Below are positions 23,297-35,755 of a DNA stretch of 58,385 bases, one piece after another (the first letter of the stretch is position 1; each line of letters opens with the position of its first letter). The stretch comes from Malacoraja senta (taxonomy: Eukaryota). Below the pieces are notes generated by a model. It saw only the letters and a list, made by a program, of their open reading frames with translations, did no database searches and was not told the origin of the DNA. The translations under genes were made by a program, and so were the position numbers. The stretch covers positions 1 through 58,385 of the forward strand of contig JAXLNO010003785.1 of the NCBI GenBank assembly GCA_038087875.1, read 5' to 3'.

Positions 23297-23955
23297 AGTG
23301 TAGGAAGGAATTGCAGATGCTGGTTTAAACTGAAGATAGACACTAAAAACTAGAAAAACTCAGCAGGACAGGCAGCATCTCTGGAGAGAAAGAATGGGTG
23401 ATGTTTCGAGTCGAGACCTTCAGCCTGAAGAGGTTGAAAACCAGTCATAAAACACAATGACTGGACATGTGTATTATCCAACTAAGGGCAGAAATCAGAA
23501 TCATGTGTTCATCTTTATTCACGTGACACCATAATAAATATATTACAGAAAAAAATAATTTAATGGGGTGGCGCAGCCTTACTACCACATGGGTTTTCTC
23601 TGGATATTCCGGTTTCTCCCATATCCGAAAGAAGTGCAGGTTTGTAGGTTAATTGGTTTCTGTAAATTGTCCCTGGCGTGATGGATGGAATTGGTGTATG
23701 ATAGATTGCTGGTCGGTGTGGACTTTGTGGGCGGAAGGGCCTGTTTCCATATATATTTTTACATATATATCTTAATTTCATTGAACCATATATGATTAAT
23801 TATGTGGCATTATTTTCGTCTTGTTTCTATATTCAAAGGGTAAGGTTGAAACCGTCTGAAGAAGGGTTTCGGCCTGAAACGTTGACTATTTCCTTCGCTC
23901 CATAGATGCTGCCGCACCCGCTGAGTTTCTCCAGCATCTGTAGTTCCTGCCTGAA
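23297..23955. mobile_element. Cluster of two Penelope-derived short elements (~23297-23430 -, ~23854-23955 +) and a partial HE1-like SINE (~23565-23750 +)
   Basis: gtgtaggaaggaattgcagatgctgg..., gtctgaagaagggtttcggcctgaaacg..., and SINE body/tail motifs. Confidence 0.7.
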
Positions 23956-24671
23956 CAAGGTTGATTGATTTATTTGTGCAGAACAGTGATGGAAGTCCGA
24001 CTTTTGCTTTGTTTCTCTGAGTTTTTCTCTATATATACATAACAGCACATGAATTCCATATATGAATACAGTCATTCATGTGCTGCACCTGTTGATCAGA
24101 GCCTGGTTCTATTGTGGAATGTAATTAGGAATGTAATTTAGCCTAACCTTATTCATACTTAATCCAATTTAAAGCATAAATGTTGCATTCAAATGCAAGT
24201 TAAAAGACTCGCTACAGTATGCACCAGATTGCACAATTTCAAGCTGAAAAATGCAAAAGCTCCCTTCCGTGGGAGGGGGAACACCTCCCTCCCACACCAT
24301 CCCCCCCCCCCCCCCCGGTCGCTATGCTCCCTCGCAATTTCTCACTCTCAGCTCCCACCCAACGTTGGCAGCCCTGTAATTGGCTGGTAAAATTATTAAT
24401 TGTCCCTAGTGTGTGTAGGATAGTGTTAGTGTGTGGGGATCACTGGTCGGCATGGGCCAAAGGGCCTGTTTCCGCGCTGTATCTCTAAACTAAAAAATAA
24501 AAAAATTGGCTGGGTCATTAAAGGCCGAGGCCTTTAATGAAATGGAGTTTGGTAGAAGTGTAGGAGGAAATGGGTGCATCAAAAGTAGATTGCCCTATCT
24601 TCGTCAAACGGCCAATGAAGCACTAGTTTTGGCTTCACGGTAGAACATCAGCAACTGAAGCAATGAAGATC

Positions 24672-26249
24672 CCCTGGGCCTGATGGTCTGCATCCCAGGG
24701 TCCTCAGAGAGGAGGCTCTAGAAATAGTGGACGCATTGGTGATCATTTTCCAATGTCAATAGATTCAGGATTAGTTCCTGTGGATTGGAGGATAGCTAAT
24801 GTTATCCCACTTTTCAACAAGGGAGGGGGAGAGAAAACGGGGAATTACAGACCAGTTAGCCTGACTTCAGTGGTGGGAAAGATGCTGGAGTCAATTATTA
24901 AAGAAGTAATAATAGGGCATTTGGATAGCAGTAAAAGGATTAGTCCAAGTCAACATGGATTTATGAAAGGAAAATCATGCTTGACTAATCTTCTGGAATT
25001 TTTTGAGGATGTGACAAGTAAAATGGATGAAGGGGAGCCAGTGGATGTAGTATATCTAGACTTTCAGAAAGCCTTTGATAAGGTCCCGCACGGGAGACTG
25101 GTGACTAAAATTAGAGCACATGGTCTTGGGGGTAGGGTGTTGACATGGATAGAAAATTGGTTGGCAGTAAGCAAAGAGTAGGAGTGAACGGGTCCTTTTC
25201 AGAATGGCAGGCAGTGGCGAGTGGAGTGCCGCAAGACTCGGTGTAGGGGCCGCAACTGTTTACCATATATATTAATAATTTGGAAGAGGGAATTAGGAGC
25301 AACACTAGCAAGTTTGCAGATGACACAAAGCTGGGTGGCAGTGTCAACTGTGAAGAGGATGTTAGGAGGTTGCAGGGTGACCTGGACAGGTTGAGTGAGT
25401 GGACAGATGCATGGCAGATGCAGTATAATATAGATAAATGTCAGGTTATCCACTTTTGCGGCAAAAACAAGGGGGCAGATTATTATCTCAATGGGGTTAG
25501 GTTAGGTAAGGGGGAGGTGCATCAATACCTGGGTGTCCTTGTACACCGGTCACAAAAAGTTGGCGTGCAGGTACAGCAGGCAGTGAAGAAAGCTGATGGA
25601 ATGTTGGCCTTCATAAGAAGAGGATTTCAGTATAGGAGTAGAGAGGTTCTTCTGCAGTTGTATAGGGCTCTGGTAAGACCACATCTGGAGTATTGTGTAC
25701 AGTTTTGGTCTCCTAATTTGAGGAAGGACATCCTTGTGATTGAGGCAGTGCAGCGTAGGTTCACGAGATTGATCCCTGGGATGGCGGGACTGTCATATGA
25801 GGAAAGATTGAAAAGACTAGGCTTGTATTCACTGGAGTTTAGAAGGATGAGGGGGCATCTTATAGAAACATATAAAATTATAAAAGGACTGGACGGGCTA
25901 AATGCAGGAAAAATGTTCCCAATGTTGGGCGAGTCCAGAACCAGGGGCCACAGTCTTAGAATAAAGGGGAGGCCATTTAGGACTGAGGTGAGAAAAAACT
26001 TTTTCACCCAGAGAGTTGTGAATTTGTGGAATTCCCTGCCACAGAGGGCAGTGGAGGCCAAATCACTGGATGGATTTAAGAGAGAGTTAGATAGAGCTCT
26101 AGGGGCTAGTGGAATCAAGGGATATGGGGAGAAGGCAGGCACGGGTTATTGATTCGGGACGATCAGCCATGATCACAATGAATGGCGGTGCTGGCTCGAA
26201 GGGCCGAATGGCCTCCTCCTGCACCTATTTTCTATGTTTCTATGTTTCT
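24672..26249 (+). mobile_element. CR1 LINE, 5'-truncated, RT-containing, TSD AAGATC
   Basis: ORFs 24753-25181 (YLDFQKAFDKVPH) and 25280-26152 ([11 protein letters not shown]...GYGEKAGTGY); TTTCTATG tail; AAGATC at 24666-24671 and 26250-26255. Confidence 0.93.
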
Positions 26250-26839
26250 AAGATCAATGTTCAAAAGCATTGTTTTGAATAGAATACTTCAGTGGCTTTT
26301 TTTTTACCTAGGGCACCTTTTCACTGGATAGTAACCATGGATATTACTATATGAGTCCCGAAGAGAACTATCTCCAACTGAAATCAACGGATCTGACTGC
26401 ATTGGACATAGCCAGCACCTTGCTCTTGCAACACAATCCTTGCCTCACCCCGCCATTCTCCCCAGAGTTGCACTGAACATTTGGGCTGTACAACTCCAAA
26501 CCACCATAGCTGTTCCTGGAGGCTGAACCGTCCACAGTCAATGACTAGACTTCAATCAGCAGAAAATTGAGGTCTTCTGATGTCTTCACTCACCTTTTTA
26601 ATGGTCAAATGAATGGGGCTGCACAAAGGGTCAGATATGCAGTGGACGTGGCCTCTCATCTCATAATGTTGTGGACACAGTCACGGATTCATCTGTGAGC
26701 CCATGGGCTGGGTGAGAGATTGGATTTACCCACATCTGATCTGCACTCTTGTGCTGCAGTGCATAGACTAAATAGTCTGGACCCATCTTAATCCATACTA
26801 AACCATAGCTAATTAGAAACTCTTTCTGGAACTAATGGT

Positions 26840-27310
26840 TAACCACCAGTGTGATCCAACCGAATTTATTTTTGTTGTGAAAATAAATCAAAAGAAATAA
26901 ATCAAAGGTGGGAAAATGGACTTTAGGCAAGAAGTAATTACCATCTTTGAGAAGCCACCTTGACCAGAATCGCAGCCTCATAAATATTGTGACTGTAAGA
27001 GTTGGTCAGAGGCCAGCATCCTCCAGGTAATGATTTACCTCCTGATGCCCAAAGCCCTTCCACCATCTACATGCTGCAAGCCATGAGAATGATGGAGTAC
27101 TCTCCACTTACCCGATGAGAGTACTTATCCAACAATAGGTAAAAAGCTCGATAAAATCCATTAGAAAGTGGCACTTCATCAGTCACCCTAAATATTCATC
27201 CCCTCTACGTTCAATACACAGTGACTACAGTGTGTATCATCCACAAAATTTACTGCAGTTATTCATATGGGCTAGTCCACAACATTTCCCAAACCCATAA
27301 CCTTTGCATT
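26840..27310 (+). mobile_element. Old LINE fragment (CR1/L2 group)
   Basis: Decayed coding remnant ccaccatctac...gatggagtactctccactt...aagctcgataaaatcc (TIY..MEYSPL..KLD.I-like). Confidence 0.45.
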
Positions 27311-28438
27311 CAAGGTCAAAAACAGCTTTTATTTTTCACTGCTCCTGGCACCCTTGCAAAGCGATGAAAGAATGAAAAATGTTATGTTGGCACAGATCTG
27401 CATTTTCTAATTGGAATTCTCAAGATGGGTCACTTTCTCTTTCTCTGAAGTGCAGGCACAGGGGGGCCTTTCTAAAGAAGCACAAGTGCTTGGCATTTCG
27501 GAGCCTGTCCCTTTGATGATGAAAGGTAACAGCTGCACAGAGGTAACTCTTCAATTTGTGTACGATTAAATGATCTCTTCAAGAGAGACGTATTACTTAT
27601 TTTGCAATGAATTTCCACCTTTTCCCATTGGCTGCTGAGATAATGCATTGCAGACAATCTATATTAGTCTTCCAATTTACAACAGTTGTGACATTCAATT
27701 AGACCTTTGAAATATTGATAACAGAGTTCAGACTGACATTTGAATATGAGTAATATGTAAATGAAACACCCTTGGGCAAAACAAAAATAATACAAATATG
27801 ATAGGGGATGTGTTGTGAAGCACATCGTTATGCTATCTTTGTAAAATTACTGCGTTTTCATATTTTGAAATTTCTGTAAAAATCTTCAATGAATTATAAA
27901 TTGTTCCAATGTTGTTCGATTTTCTGCCTTGTGTTAATGTGTATGGCTCATGTATTTTTAATAGAGCAACTTTATATTTGTATTAGTTATAGGAAATCTA
28001 TTTGGTGATGTTTGAGGTTGTTTCGATTGTATTAATGCAGGAGGAAGGAGCAGGTGGGGAAAGAGAGAAGGATGCCGTGGGCAAGGGTCTGTGCCTGATA
28101 CCCCTCCTGTGTGAGTGAGAGAGATTTTAGTGAGGTGCACGACAACATTGATTTTGAACCTTGCGGCATTGTTTCCCTCAACACTAACACTGATAACCAT
28201 GTTTTAGGAGTTAGTGAAACGGATGAGGCAGAGATCAGTTCAATACTCATTGGTGCCAGCAATAGCTTGGGTAATACAGACATCTTTGCAGTCCCTCTCT
28301 TGGGCAATTATATAATCTAGCTGGGTCCAAAAATGGTTCCAAAGATATTGCCACAATGCCTCATTACAAAACGAGGCATTTGCTACAATGAGGCCAGCTT
28401 CAAGCATTTTGTCAAGAAAACAACCCCATTGGAATTAG

Positions 28439-28919
28439 TGTTAAAGAAGGAGACCCAGGACAGAGAGGTCAGATACGGAATGGGAGGGGGAGTTGAAGTG
28501 CTGAGCCACCGGGAGGTCAGGTTGGTTATTGCGGACCGACCGGAGGTGTTCGGCGAAACGATCGCCAAGCCTCCGCTTGGTCTCACCTCTCTGTCCTGGG
28601 TCTCCTCCATGGCCACAGCGAGCAACACCGGAAATTGGAGGAAATGCACCTCATATTCCGCTTGGGCAGTCTACATCCTGGGGGCTTGAACATTGAATTC
28701 TCCCAATTCTGCTAGCCCTTGCTGTCCCCTCCCCTTCATCAGCCCTCTGGTTGTCTCCTCCCCTCCCCCAGCCCTCGGGCTCCTCCTCCGCCTTTTCTCC
28801 TTTCTTCTCCCCACCCCCTATCAGTCTGAAGAAGGGTTTCGGCCCGAAACGTTGCCTATTTCCTTCGCTCCATAGATGCTGCTGCACCCGCTGAGTTTCT
28901 CCAGCATTTTTGTGTACCT
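28439..28919 (+). mobile_element. Penelope-like element 3' end (GIY-YIG C-terminus) with inverted 5' segment and 14-bp TSD
   Basis: RKLEEMHLIFRLGSLHPGGLNIEF coding at ~28630-28700; 28449-28584 is the inverted upstream portion; hammerhead core at ~28826-28853; TSD cccattggaattag at 28425-28438 and 28920-28933. Confidence 0.85.
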
Positions 28920-29399
28920 CCCATTGGAATTAGCCTTGCCTGCTCCCTTCTTTGCCACTCATATTTTGCCAGAAGTTGTGACCTGTCCCATCTATTTTCC
29001 TGAGCAATGAAGGGATTTCAATTCCCAGGAAATTAGTTGGGAATAGACGCACCCTCTAGTAAACGCTTCAGGTGGATCAGGTTGTCTCCTTTTGGAATGC
29101 AGTCCAGAGTTCTTTTAAAGGCTTTGTCTGAAGCTTCAATGTTTGGGGTGTTTTTAGGTCTGATGATCAAAACTGGTTCCACTGTATGTTGGAGTGAGTC
29201 AATAGTTCCTAATTATAGGAAGCTCTTGAAGTCCTTTATCATGGGCACCCATGAAAATACTCTGAGAAAAACCCAGTTGCAAGCCATTTCACCGACCCTC
29301 CCCCCCTCCATCCCCCTGTCACCCAGTTTCTTTCCCTAAATGATTTACCAGAATGATACCTTTATCTTATGATGTCTGGATGAAGAGGTAATACCTACA

Positions 29400-29822
29400 G
29401 GGAGCGGTTGGACAGATGTGGATTGTTTTCTCTGGAATGCTAAAGGTTGTGGGGACACCTGATAGAAGTATATAAAATGGGAAGCATAGATAGGATAGAC
29501 AGGACATTTTTCCCAGCATGGAAACGTCAATTAGTAGAGGGCATAGCTTTGAGGAGAAAAGGGGCAAAGTGTAAAGATGTGGGGGGGCGGCTTTTTTACA
29601 CAGAGGGTGATGAGTGCTTGGGACGGGCTGCCGAGGATGGTGGTTGAGGCAGATATGGTAGTGGCAATTAAGAGACTTTTGGATAAGCATAAGAATATAT
29701 GCAGCGAATGGACCGATATGGATTGTGTGCAGGCAGATAAGAGTTGGTCTTGGCATCATTTTTGGCACATATATTTTGGGCCAAATGGCCTGTTCTTGTG
29801 CTGTACTGTTCTATGTTCTAAG
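29400..29822 (+). mobile_element. Older CR1 3' fragment
   Basis: GHLIEVYK, FFTQRVMSAWDGLP remnants; tail tgttctatgttcta. Confidence 0.75.
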
Positions 29823-30479
29823 TTCCGATCCTCACTGGTGCCATCTGCCTATCACCCCTACACTAACCTATTTGGTCCCCTATTGCCTCCCCACCTCCCA
29901 CTGTTCCTATCTGCTCACCATCCTCCATTATCTGGTTCCACTCATCACCTTCCTTTCTTATGATTCCATCATTTGCACCCCATTTTTTTTTGTCTCCACT
30001 AAACACTTCCTAGCCTTTGTCACAAATTCCATGCTTTCCTCCCACAGCTGACTCCATCTGTCAATCACCCCCTCCACACATGGATCCAGCTATGCCGTTC
30101 ATCTCTTGCCTTCCCTTCCCCTCTTACTATATTATACTGGCAAAGGCTGCTTTTCATAATAAGTCCTGATGCTGGGTCTCAGCCCAGAACGCCGACTGCC
30201 CCCTTTTCTCCATTCATGTTGCCTGACCCGCTGAGTCCCTCCAATTGCTTATGTTTTGCTTCAGGACCAATTTGATAAGAATGACCACGCGATAAGGAGC
30301 TAACTGCAGACATAAAGCTTTCCTGGATTGGAAGCTCTACGTTTCCAAGGGGGATAAAAATAAACCTTTACAATCAAGTAAGGATACAGGTCCAGCCAAA
30401 AGCTCTGGGCCTATAAACACCAGGAAGGAGAGTGAGCAAGAGGCCCAGCAACTCACTGACAGCCATGACACTTCTTTAG

Positions 30480-32010
30480 CATTGTAAACACTGAAGGCTT
30501 CACCCCTCTGAGAACCAAGGATAGGGGGGACTCAGCAGGGACAGAGGTAGTTAACATCCTTTGGAAGGAACACTTTGATCTAGCCTTGATTCTATTCTAG
30601 GATTCATCCCACAGAAGACTACTGAGACCAGCCTTGTGGCCACTGCTAACCAACGAGAGTTCAAGAAGACCATATCCTAACTCTCAAATGACAAGGCCAC
30701 AGGAGTAAATGATATTCAAGCTTCAAGGGGTCAAGGAAAGAGAGTTCATGTCGCGGCCCTGTTTCCACCAATCTTTCCACCACCACGCACAAGAGGCACA
30801 AGAAGCGACAAGACAGACACCATTGTATGCAGATGCCAAGAAGTGTGTTCAGCTCTGGCTGAACAACTTCTAATCTCGTGTGTGGACTCAATAAAAAGAA
30901 GAAGCTTAAATCCTAAAGGGTGTCTGTCACCTCCAGAGCCTCATCACCTGCAGGAGAAGGGAAGATATTCCAGGAGATGCCATAGTCATGACCAACTTCA
31001 AAAGAGTAGACATGTCCAACTTTGGTAATCACAGAGGGATCACCCTGCTGCCTGCCCAAGTTCTCCTCAACCACCACCTCACAGTGGTTGATAAGCAGCT
31101 CGTTCAATAATAGCATTGTTGTGGACCATCAAAAAGCACAGTAGATATGATCTTCACCCCTCAAATACTGCAAGAAAAATACAGGGAGCAACACCAATTA
31201 TTACACATGCTTTCTTTGAACTCTCAAAAGCCTATGATTGCCTCAATTGTAAGGAATTGTGCAAAAGCCTCCACAAATTTGTCTGCTCACAGAATTTTGT
31301 TCCACATCTTGTGTTTGCTCGATGATGGCTTGCAGGCTGTGGGAGCAGAATCATCATTCACAAAGACTGATCTCAAATAAGGCTTCCGCAATGCTTTGTC
31401 CAGTCACCCTTGCTGTAATGTTCCAACAATTTCCTTCTGTGGGAGAAAAGCAATATGTACAGGGAAGTTGTACAACCTTTGGTTTCTTGAGGTCCTCTGA
31501 GGGAGCGCTGTATGTATGTATTTATGTATGTATTGTTGATCTATGTACCACTGTTAGTACCTGCACTGATGTAAAGCACTTTGGTCAACGAGAGTTGTTT
31601 TTAAATGTGCTATAGAAATAAAATTGACTTGACTTGACTTGACTTTGGTGACTGCACTCCAGAACCAAGCTCACCCAAATGTCAGGTGTTGAGTTGCTGT
31701 ACACATTGAATAATTGCATTTGTGCATGCTCGGAGGTTGTAGTCGAAGCCATTGCCAGCACAATCACAGAATTAGACGAATTGATGTTATTTGAACTCAA
31801 CACTGATGTGTCAAATGTACTCTACCAACCAACTCCCATCACATCACACTTCCCTCCAACTATGAAGGTTCACACCCAGTCCCTAAAAAACAGGTGGCTG
31901 TTCCAAAATCTCAGTGGTGACCTTTCGGCAAATGGAAGCATCGATGCTGAAATTCACCTACACCTTCAATACACCAGCACAGCTTTTGGACAATTGAAGA
32001 AAAGGTGTTT
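30480..32010 (+). mobile_element. Old RTE-clade LINE remnant
   Basis: MIFT.QILQEKYREQ..AFFELSKAYD and SIDAEIHLHLQYTSTAFGQLKKR resemble RTE/BovB ORF motifs; boundaries approximate. Confidence 0.7.
31470..31645 (+). mobile_element. L2-type 3' end inserted in the RTE remnant
   Basis: tgtaaagcactttgg...tgctatagaaataaa plus (TTGAC)n tail. Confidence 0.65.
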
Positions 32011-32207
32011 TGAACATTACTACCTCTGTTACTGGGATCTGGCACAGAGGAGAGGGTTAGATCAGCACGATCATACTGAATGGTGGGACAGGCTTGAGGG
32101 AGTAGTGGTCCAAGTTCACAAGTTATAGGAGTAGAATTAGGCCATTCGGCCCATCAAGTCTACTCCACCATTCAATCATGGCTGATTTCTGCCATCTAAT
32201 CCCTTCT

Positions 32208-32432
32208 TTAGTACTGGTCATAGAGGGAAACAGCTTGGAAATAGGCCCTTTGGCCCAACTTGCCCATGCTGACGAAGATGTCCATCTACCTTAGTTCCAC
32301 CCACCCGTGTTTGGCCCATATCCTTCTAAACCTTTCTTATCCATGTACCTGTCCAAGTGTCTTTTAAATGTTATTATAATACCTGCCTCAACTACTTCCT
32401 CTGGCAGCTCGTTCCATATACCCACCACCCTG
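32208..32432 (-). mobile_element. CR1 3' fragment
   Basis: ORF 32291-32512 includes RVVGIWNELPEEVVEAG..FKRHLDRYMD..GYGP. Confidence 0.75.
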
Positions 32433-32784
32433 CAGTGGTCATCTGCTGCTATATTCTGATGTTCCTGTGTTGTACAAGCAATGCACACTGAATAGTGAAT
32501 GAAGTGCTTCACCTACCGAACTTACCCCCACCCCTACTGCCTATAATACACCTCCTGCTCCATTTGTGCCTGAGAATGCCTGTCGCACTTTGACCCCATC
32601 AACTACTTCACAGCACACTGCATGTTATCCTTAATCCTGAGGGATTACTGAAAGCAAAAATAGGTGCTGAATGGAATACGTTTGTAGCATTGTTGCCGTT
32701 GTAGTCACCAAATCAGACATGAGCCATCTTGTGTACATTTGTGAGTTAAGAACAGGATTGAATTTTTATATTGGTTATAGAGCG

Positions 32785-33090
32785 GCAGAGAGGCGCAGCG
32801 GTAAGTTGCTGCCTTACAGCGCCAGAGACCCGGTTTGATCCTGACCACAGGTGCTGTCTGTAAGGTGTTTGTACATTCTCCCCGTGACTGCGCAGGATTT
32901 CCCCTAGTACGCTGGTTTCCTCCCACACTCCAAAGACGTATGGATTTGTAAGTTGATTGGCTTCAGTAAAAATTGTAAATTGTCCCTAGTGTGTAGGACA
33001 GTGCATGGGATCACTGGTTGGTGCGGACTCGGTGGGCCGAGGGTCCTGTTTCCGCAGGGTATCTCGAAAACTAAAGAAACTGAAACTAAA
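32785..33090 (+). mobile_element. HE1-like tRNA SINE
   Basis: ggcgcagcggtaag A-box, ggtttgatcc B-box, CR1-like tail. Confidence 0.85.
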
Positions 33091-33254
33091 TATTAATTTA
33101 TCATCATGCAGTGGATCTATGTGCCCTCTATGTGGTGCTATTGAGTCGCCCTTGGTACAGTTGAACTGCTGTATTTGACCTTGACCTAGGAAATGAACAA
33201 AATATTTTCCTAGCTAGCTTTCAGAAAATATCTAAAGATCTTGCATTTGAAGTT

Positions 33255-34228
33255 AATAATAAATAATAATACATTTTATTTGTATAGCGCTTTTCAAGGA
33301 CTCAAAGTCGCTTTACATAGAGAGTCAAAAAACAAAACAAAATAGAGCAGTAAGACAGAGATGCAAAGGGGAGGGGGACATGGGACTAAGGGTATGCAGA
33401 GGTGAAGAGATGGGTCTTGAGGTGGGACTGGAAGATGGTGAGGGACTCAGAATTTCGGATCAATTGTGGGAGGGAGTTCCAGAGCCTGGGAGCTGCCCTG
33501 GAGAAGGCTCTGCCTCCAAAAGTGCAGAGGTTGGATTTCGGAATGGAGAGGAGACCGGCTGATGTGGATCTGAGGGACCGTGAGGATTGGTAGGGGGAGA
33601 GGAGGTCAGTGAGATAAGGGGGGGCCAAGTAGTTGAGGGCTTTGTAGGTGAGGACCAGGATTTTGTAGATGATCCGGTGGGAAATGGGAAGCCAGTGAAG
33701 TTCTTTGAGAACTGGGGTGATGTGGTGCCAGGATTTGGTGTGGGTAATGAGTCGGGCGGCTGCATTCTGGACCAGTTGGAGTCGGTTGATGTTGCTGGAA
33801 TTAATGCCAAAGTGAAGAGAGTTACAGTAGTCCAGTCGGGAGGAGATGAAGGCATGGATGAGTCTTTCAGCAGCGGGGGGTGTGAGAGAGGGTCTGATTT
33901 TGGCAATGTTGCGGAGGTGAAAAAATGATGTTTTGACAACATGGCGGATGTGAGGCTCAAGGGAGAGGGTTAAGTCAAAGATCACGCCAAGGTTGCGGGC
34001 CTGAGGAAATGGGGACAGTGGTGCCGTCAATAGTGAGAGTGGGGTTGTTAATTTTGGTAAGTGTTGATTTGGAGCCAATGAGGAGAAATTCTGTTTTGTT
34101 ACTGTTTAATTTAAGGAAGTTGAGTTGCATCCAGGATTTGATGGCTGACAGGCAGGAGTTGATATGGGAGAGAGGGGGGTGGTGGGGGGGGACTTGGTGC
34201 TGAGATAGATCTGGTTATCCTCGAAAAG
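33255..34228 (-). mobile_element. L2 LINE, 5'-truncated near the RT catalytic motif
   Basis: ORF 33386-34078 ARNLGVIFD..HLRNIAKIRP..LIHAFISSRLDYCNSL..APRLWNSLP; tail aaaagcgctatacaaataaaatgtattatt on - strand. Confidence 0.9.
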
Positions 34229-35446
34229 CCATAAATGAATAAATCACAATTGAATAATGCACTTGAGGAAATAAGTATAGGTGTTTGTGCAGAAATTGTT
34301 TTATATATATGTTCAGAGTTCTCCTAGTTTCTTCCAATTGTCTTTTATTTTCTTGATGTGTTATGGTCAGCAAAATTAGGAAATTCCCTCTTAAATTATG
34401 ATCTGTTCCAGCAAAGTTTAACTTGGCGGATTTGGGAAAATGCATTCATGTTTACCACTATGTCACTTCGCTCTTCAGTTAGTTTGTAATTAATGATGAT
34501 TGTCAGAAGCATTAATGTATTTATGAATCAAATTTATCATGTGTTCAATTCTGCTCTCTGACCTTCAATATTATTTATATAATTTGCGTCCTTATCCCAA
34601 TGTAACAACTTTGTTTTAATTGTAAGATTCCCTTTGTCAATAATTCTGGCTTTGCCATTATGCAACTCCAGGGTTTGTTTTTAATTTTCATGGTTTAATT
34701 TTCCTTATTCTAAATGTTGTTATGACTACTTTACAAATATTTGTCTTGAATCATGAAAATGTTGATGGGACTGGAACGCTGCCATGTGTGTTAATAGTCA
34801 TATTTATGATTAGTTCTCTTAATCTCTACAAATCCCAGTCATTGAATGAATTAATAATAAATGTACAAAACTACCAAGGTTGCCGCCTTTAACCACAGAA
34901 AGCCTCCATTCTTATCGACAAATTCATTATTCTGTAGTTTATATCTTCCATCAATTATATAAAATGCCATCTGGAAACTGTAAATATTTACCCAGGAATG
35001 TAGGTTTGTTGTCAAACTGTAGAATAATACATATTTAACTAACTATTCCATTGATTAGAGCCTGTGTTAATTCAACAATAGGATATGGAGCAACTCCTTG
35101 AAGTTAACAAGAATTAGATAAATACCTTGAACAAAAAGCTAATAAATGAAAGGAAGGCAATCCTCTATACATTAGGATGAAAGTTGACGTATATCCGTTT
35201 ATGTTGAATCAATCCATCGCCCTGAAACTTCCCGGAGGAAAAAATAATTTGCAAGTTAACGCCAGAGTTAATGTCCTTCGATCAGATCTTCACCTTAACT
35301 CCAACTTCTCACCTCTGTTCTATACCACTTAATATCCCTACCTAATAAAAATCTGAATTTTAATCTTTAAAATTGCCCTGGACCAATAGCTATTGGAGGA
35401 GAGGGTAAGATTTCCTTTACACTTTGTGTTGTGAAGTGCTTCCTCT

Positions 35447-35755
35447 CAGCCGTACAGTGGTGCAGCAGTAGAGCTGCTGACTTATTGCTCTAGAGACCGT
35501 ATTCAGTCCTATCTACTGGTGCTGTCTGTGTGGAATTTGTACTTTCTCACTGTGACCGCGTGGGTTTTCTCCGGGTGCTCCGGTTTCCTCACACATTCCA
35601 AAGACATGCAGGTTTGGAGGTTAATAGGCTTCTGTAAATTGCCCCTGGGATGCAAAAATGGGATAACATGGAGCTAGTGTGCGGGTCAATGGTCGGTGTG
35701 AACTTGGTGGGCCGAAGAACCTATTTCCGCGCTGTATCTCTAAACCAAACTAAAG
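35447..35755 (+). mobile_element. HE1-like tRNA SINE
   Basis: Head and tail motifs as in the other copies. Confidence 0.8.

Larger units (their letters stand above)
20426..24376 (+). mobile_element. Composite non-autonomous DNA transposon (hAT-like 13-bp TIR CAGGGCTGCCAAC, 6-bp TSD TAATTG)
   Basis: Left TIR at 20426; right TIR GTTGGCAGCCCTG at 24364-24376; TSD 20420-20425 and 24377-24382; extra left ends at 22356 and 23199; no transposase ORF. Confidence 0.85.
20251..24495 (+). mobile_element. HE1-like SINE split by a DNA transposon (5' half 20251-20425, 3' half 24377-24495)
   Basis: SINE ...gtttgtaggcTAATTG resumes as TAATTGgctggtaaaatt...ttgtccctagtgtg after the insertion. Confidence 0.88.

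Noticed and set aside
26594-26680. Strong - strand donor (AAG|gtgagt) as MINAR2 exon 2 end
   Set aside because: The phase-0 translation (LCPQHYEMRGHVHCISDPLCSPIHLTIKK) has no MINAR similarity.
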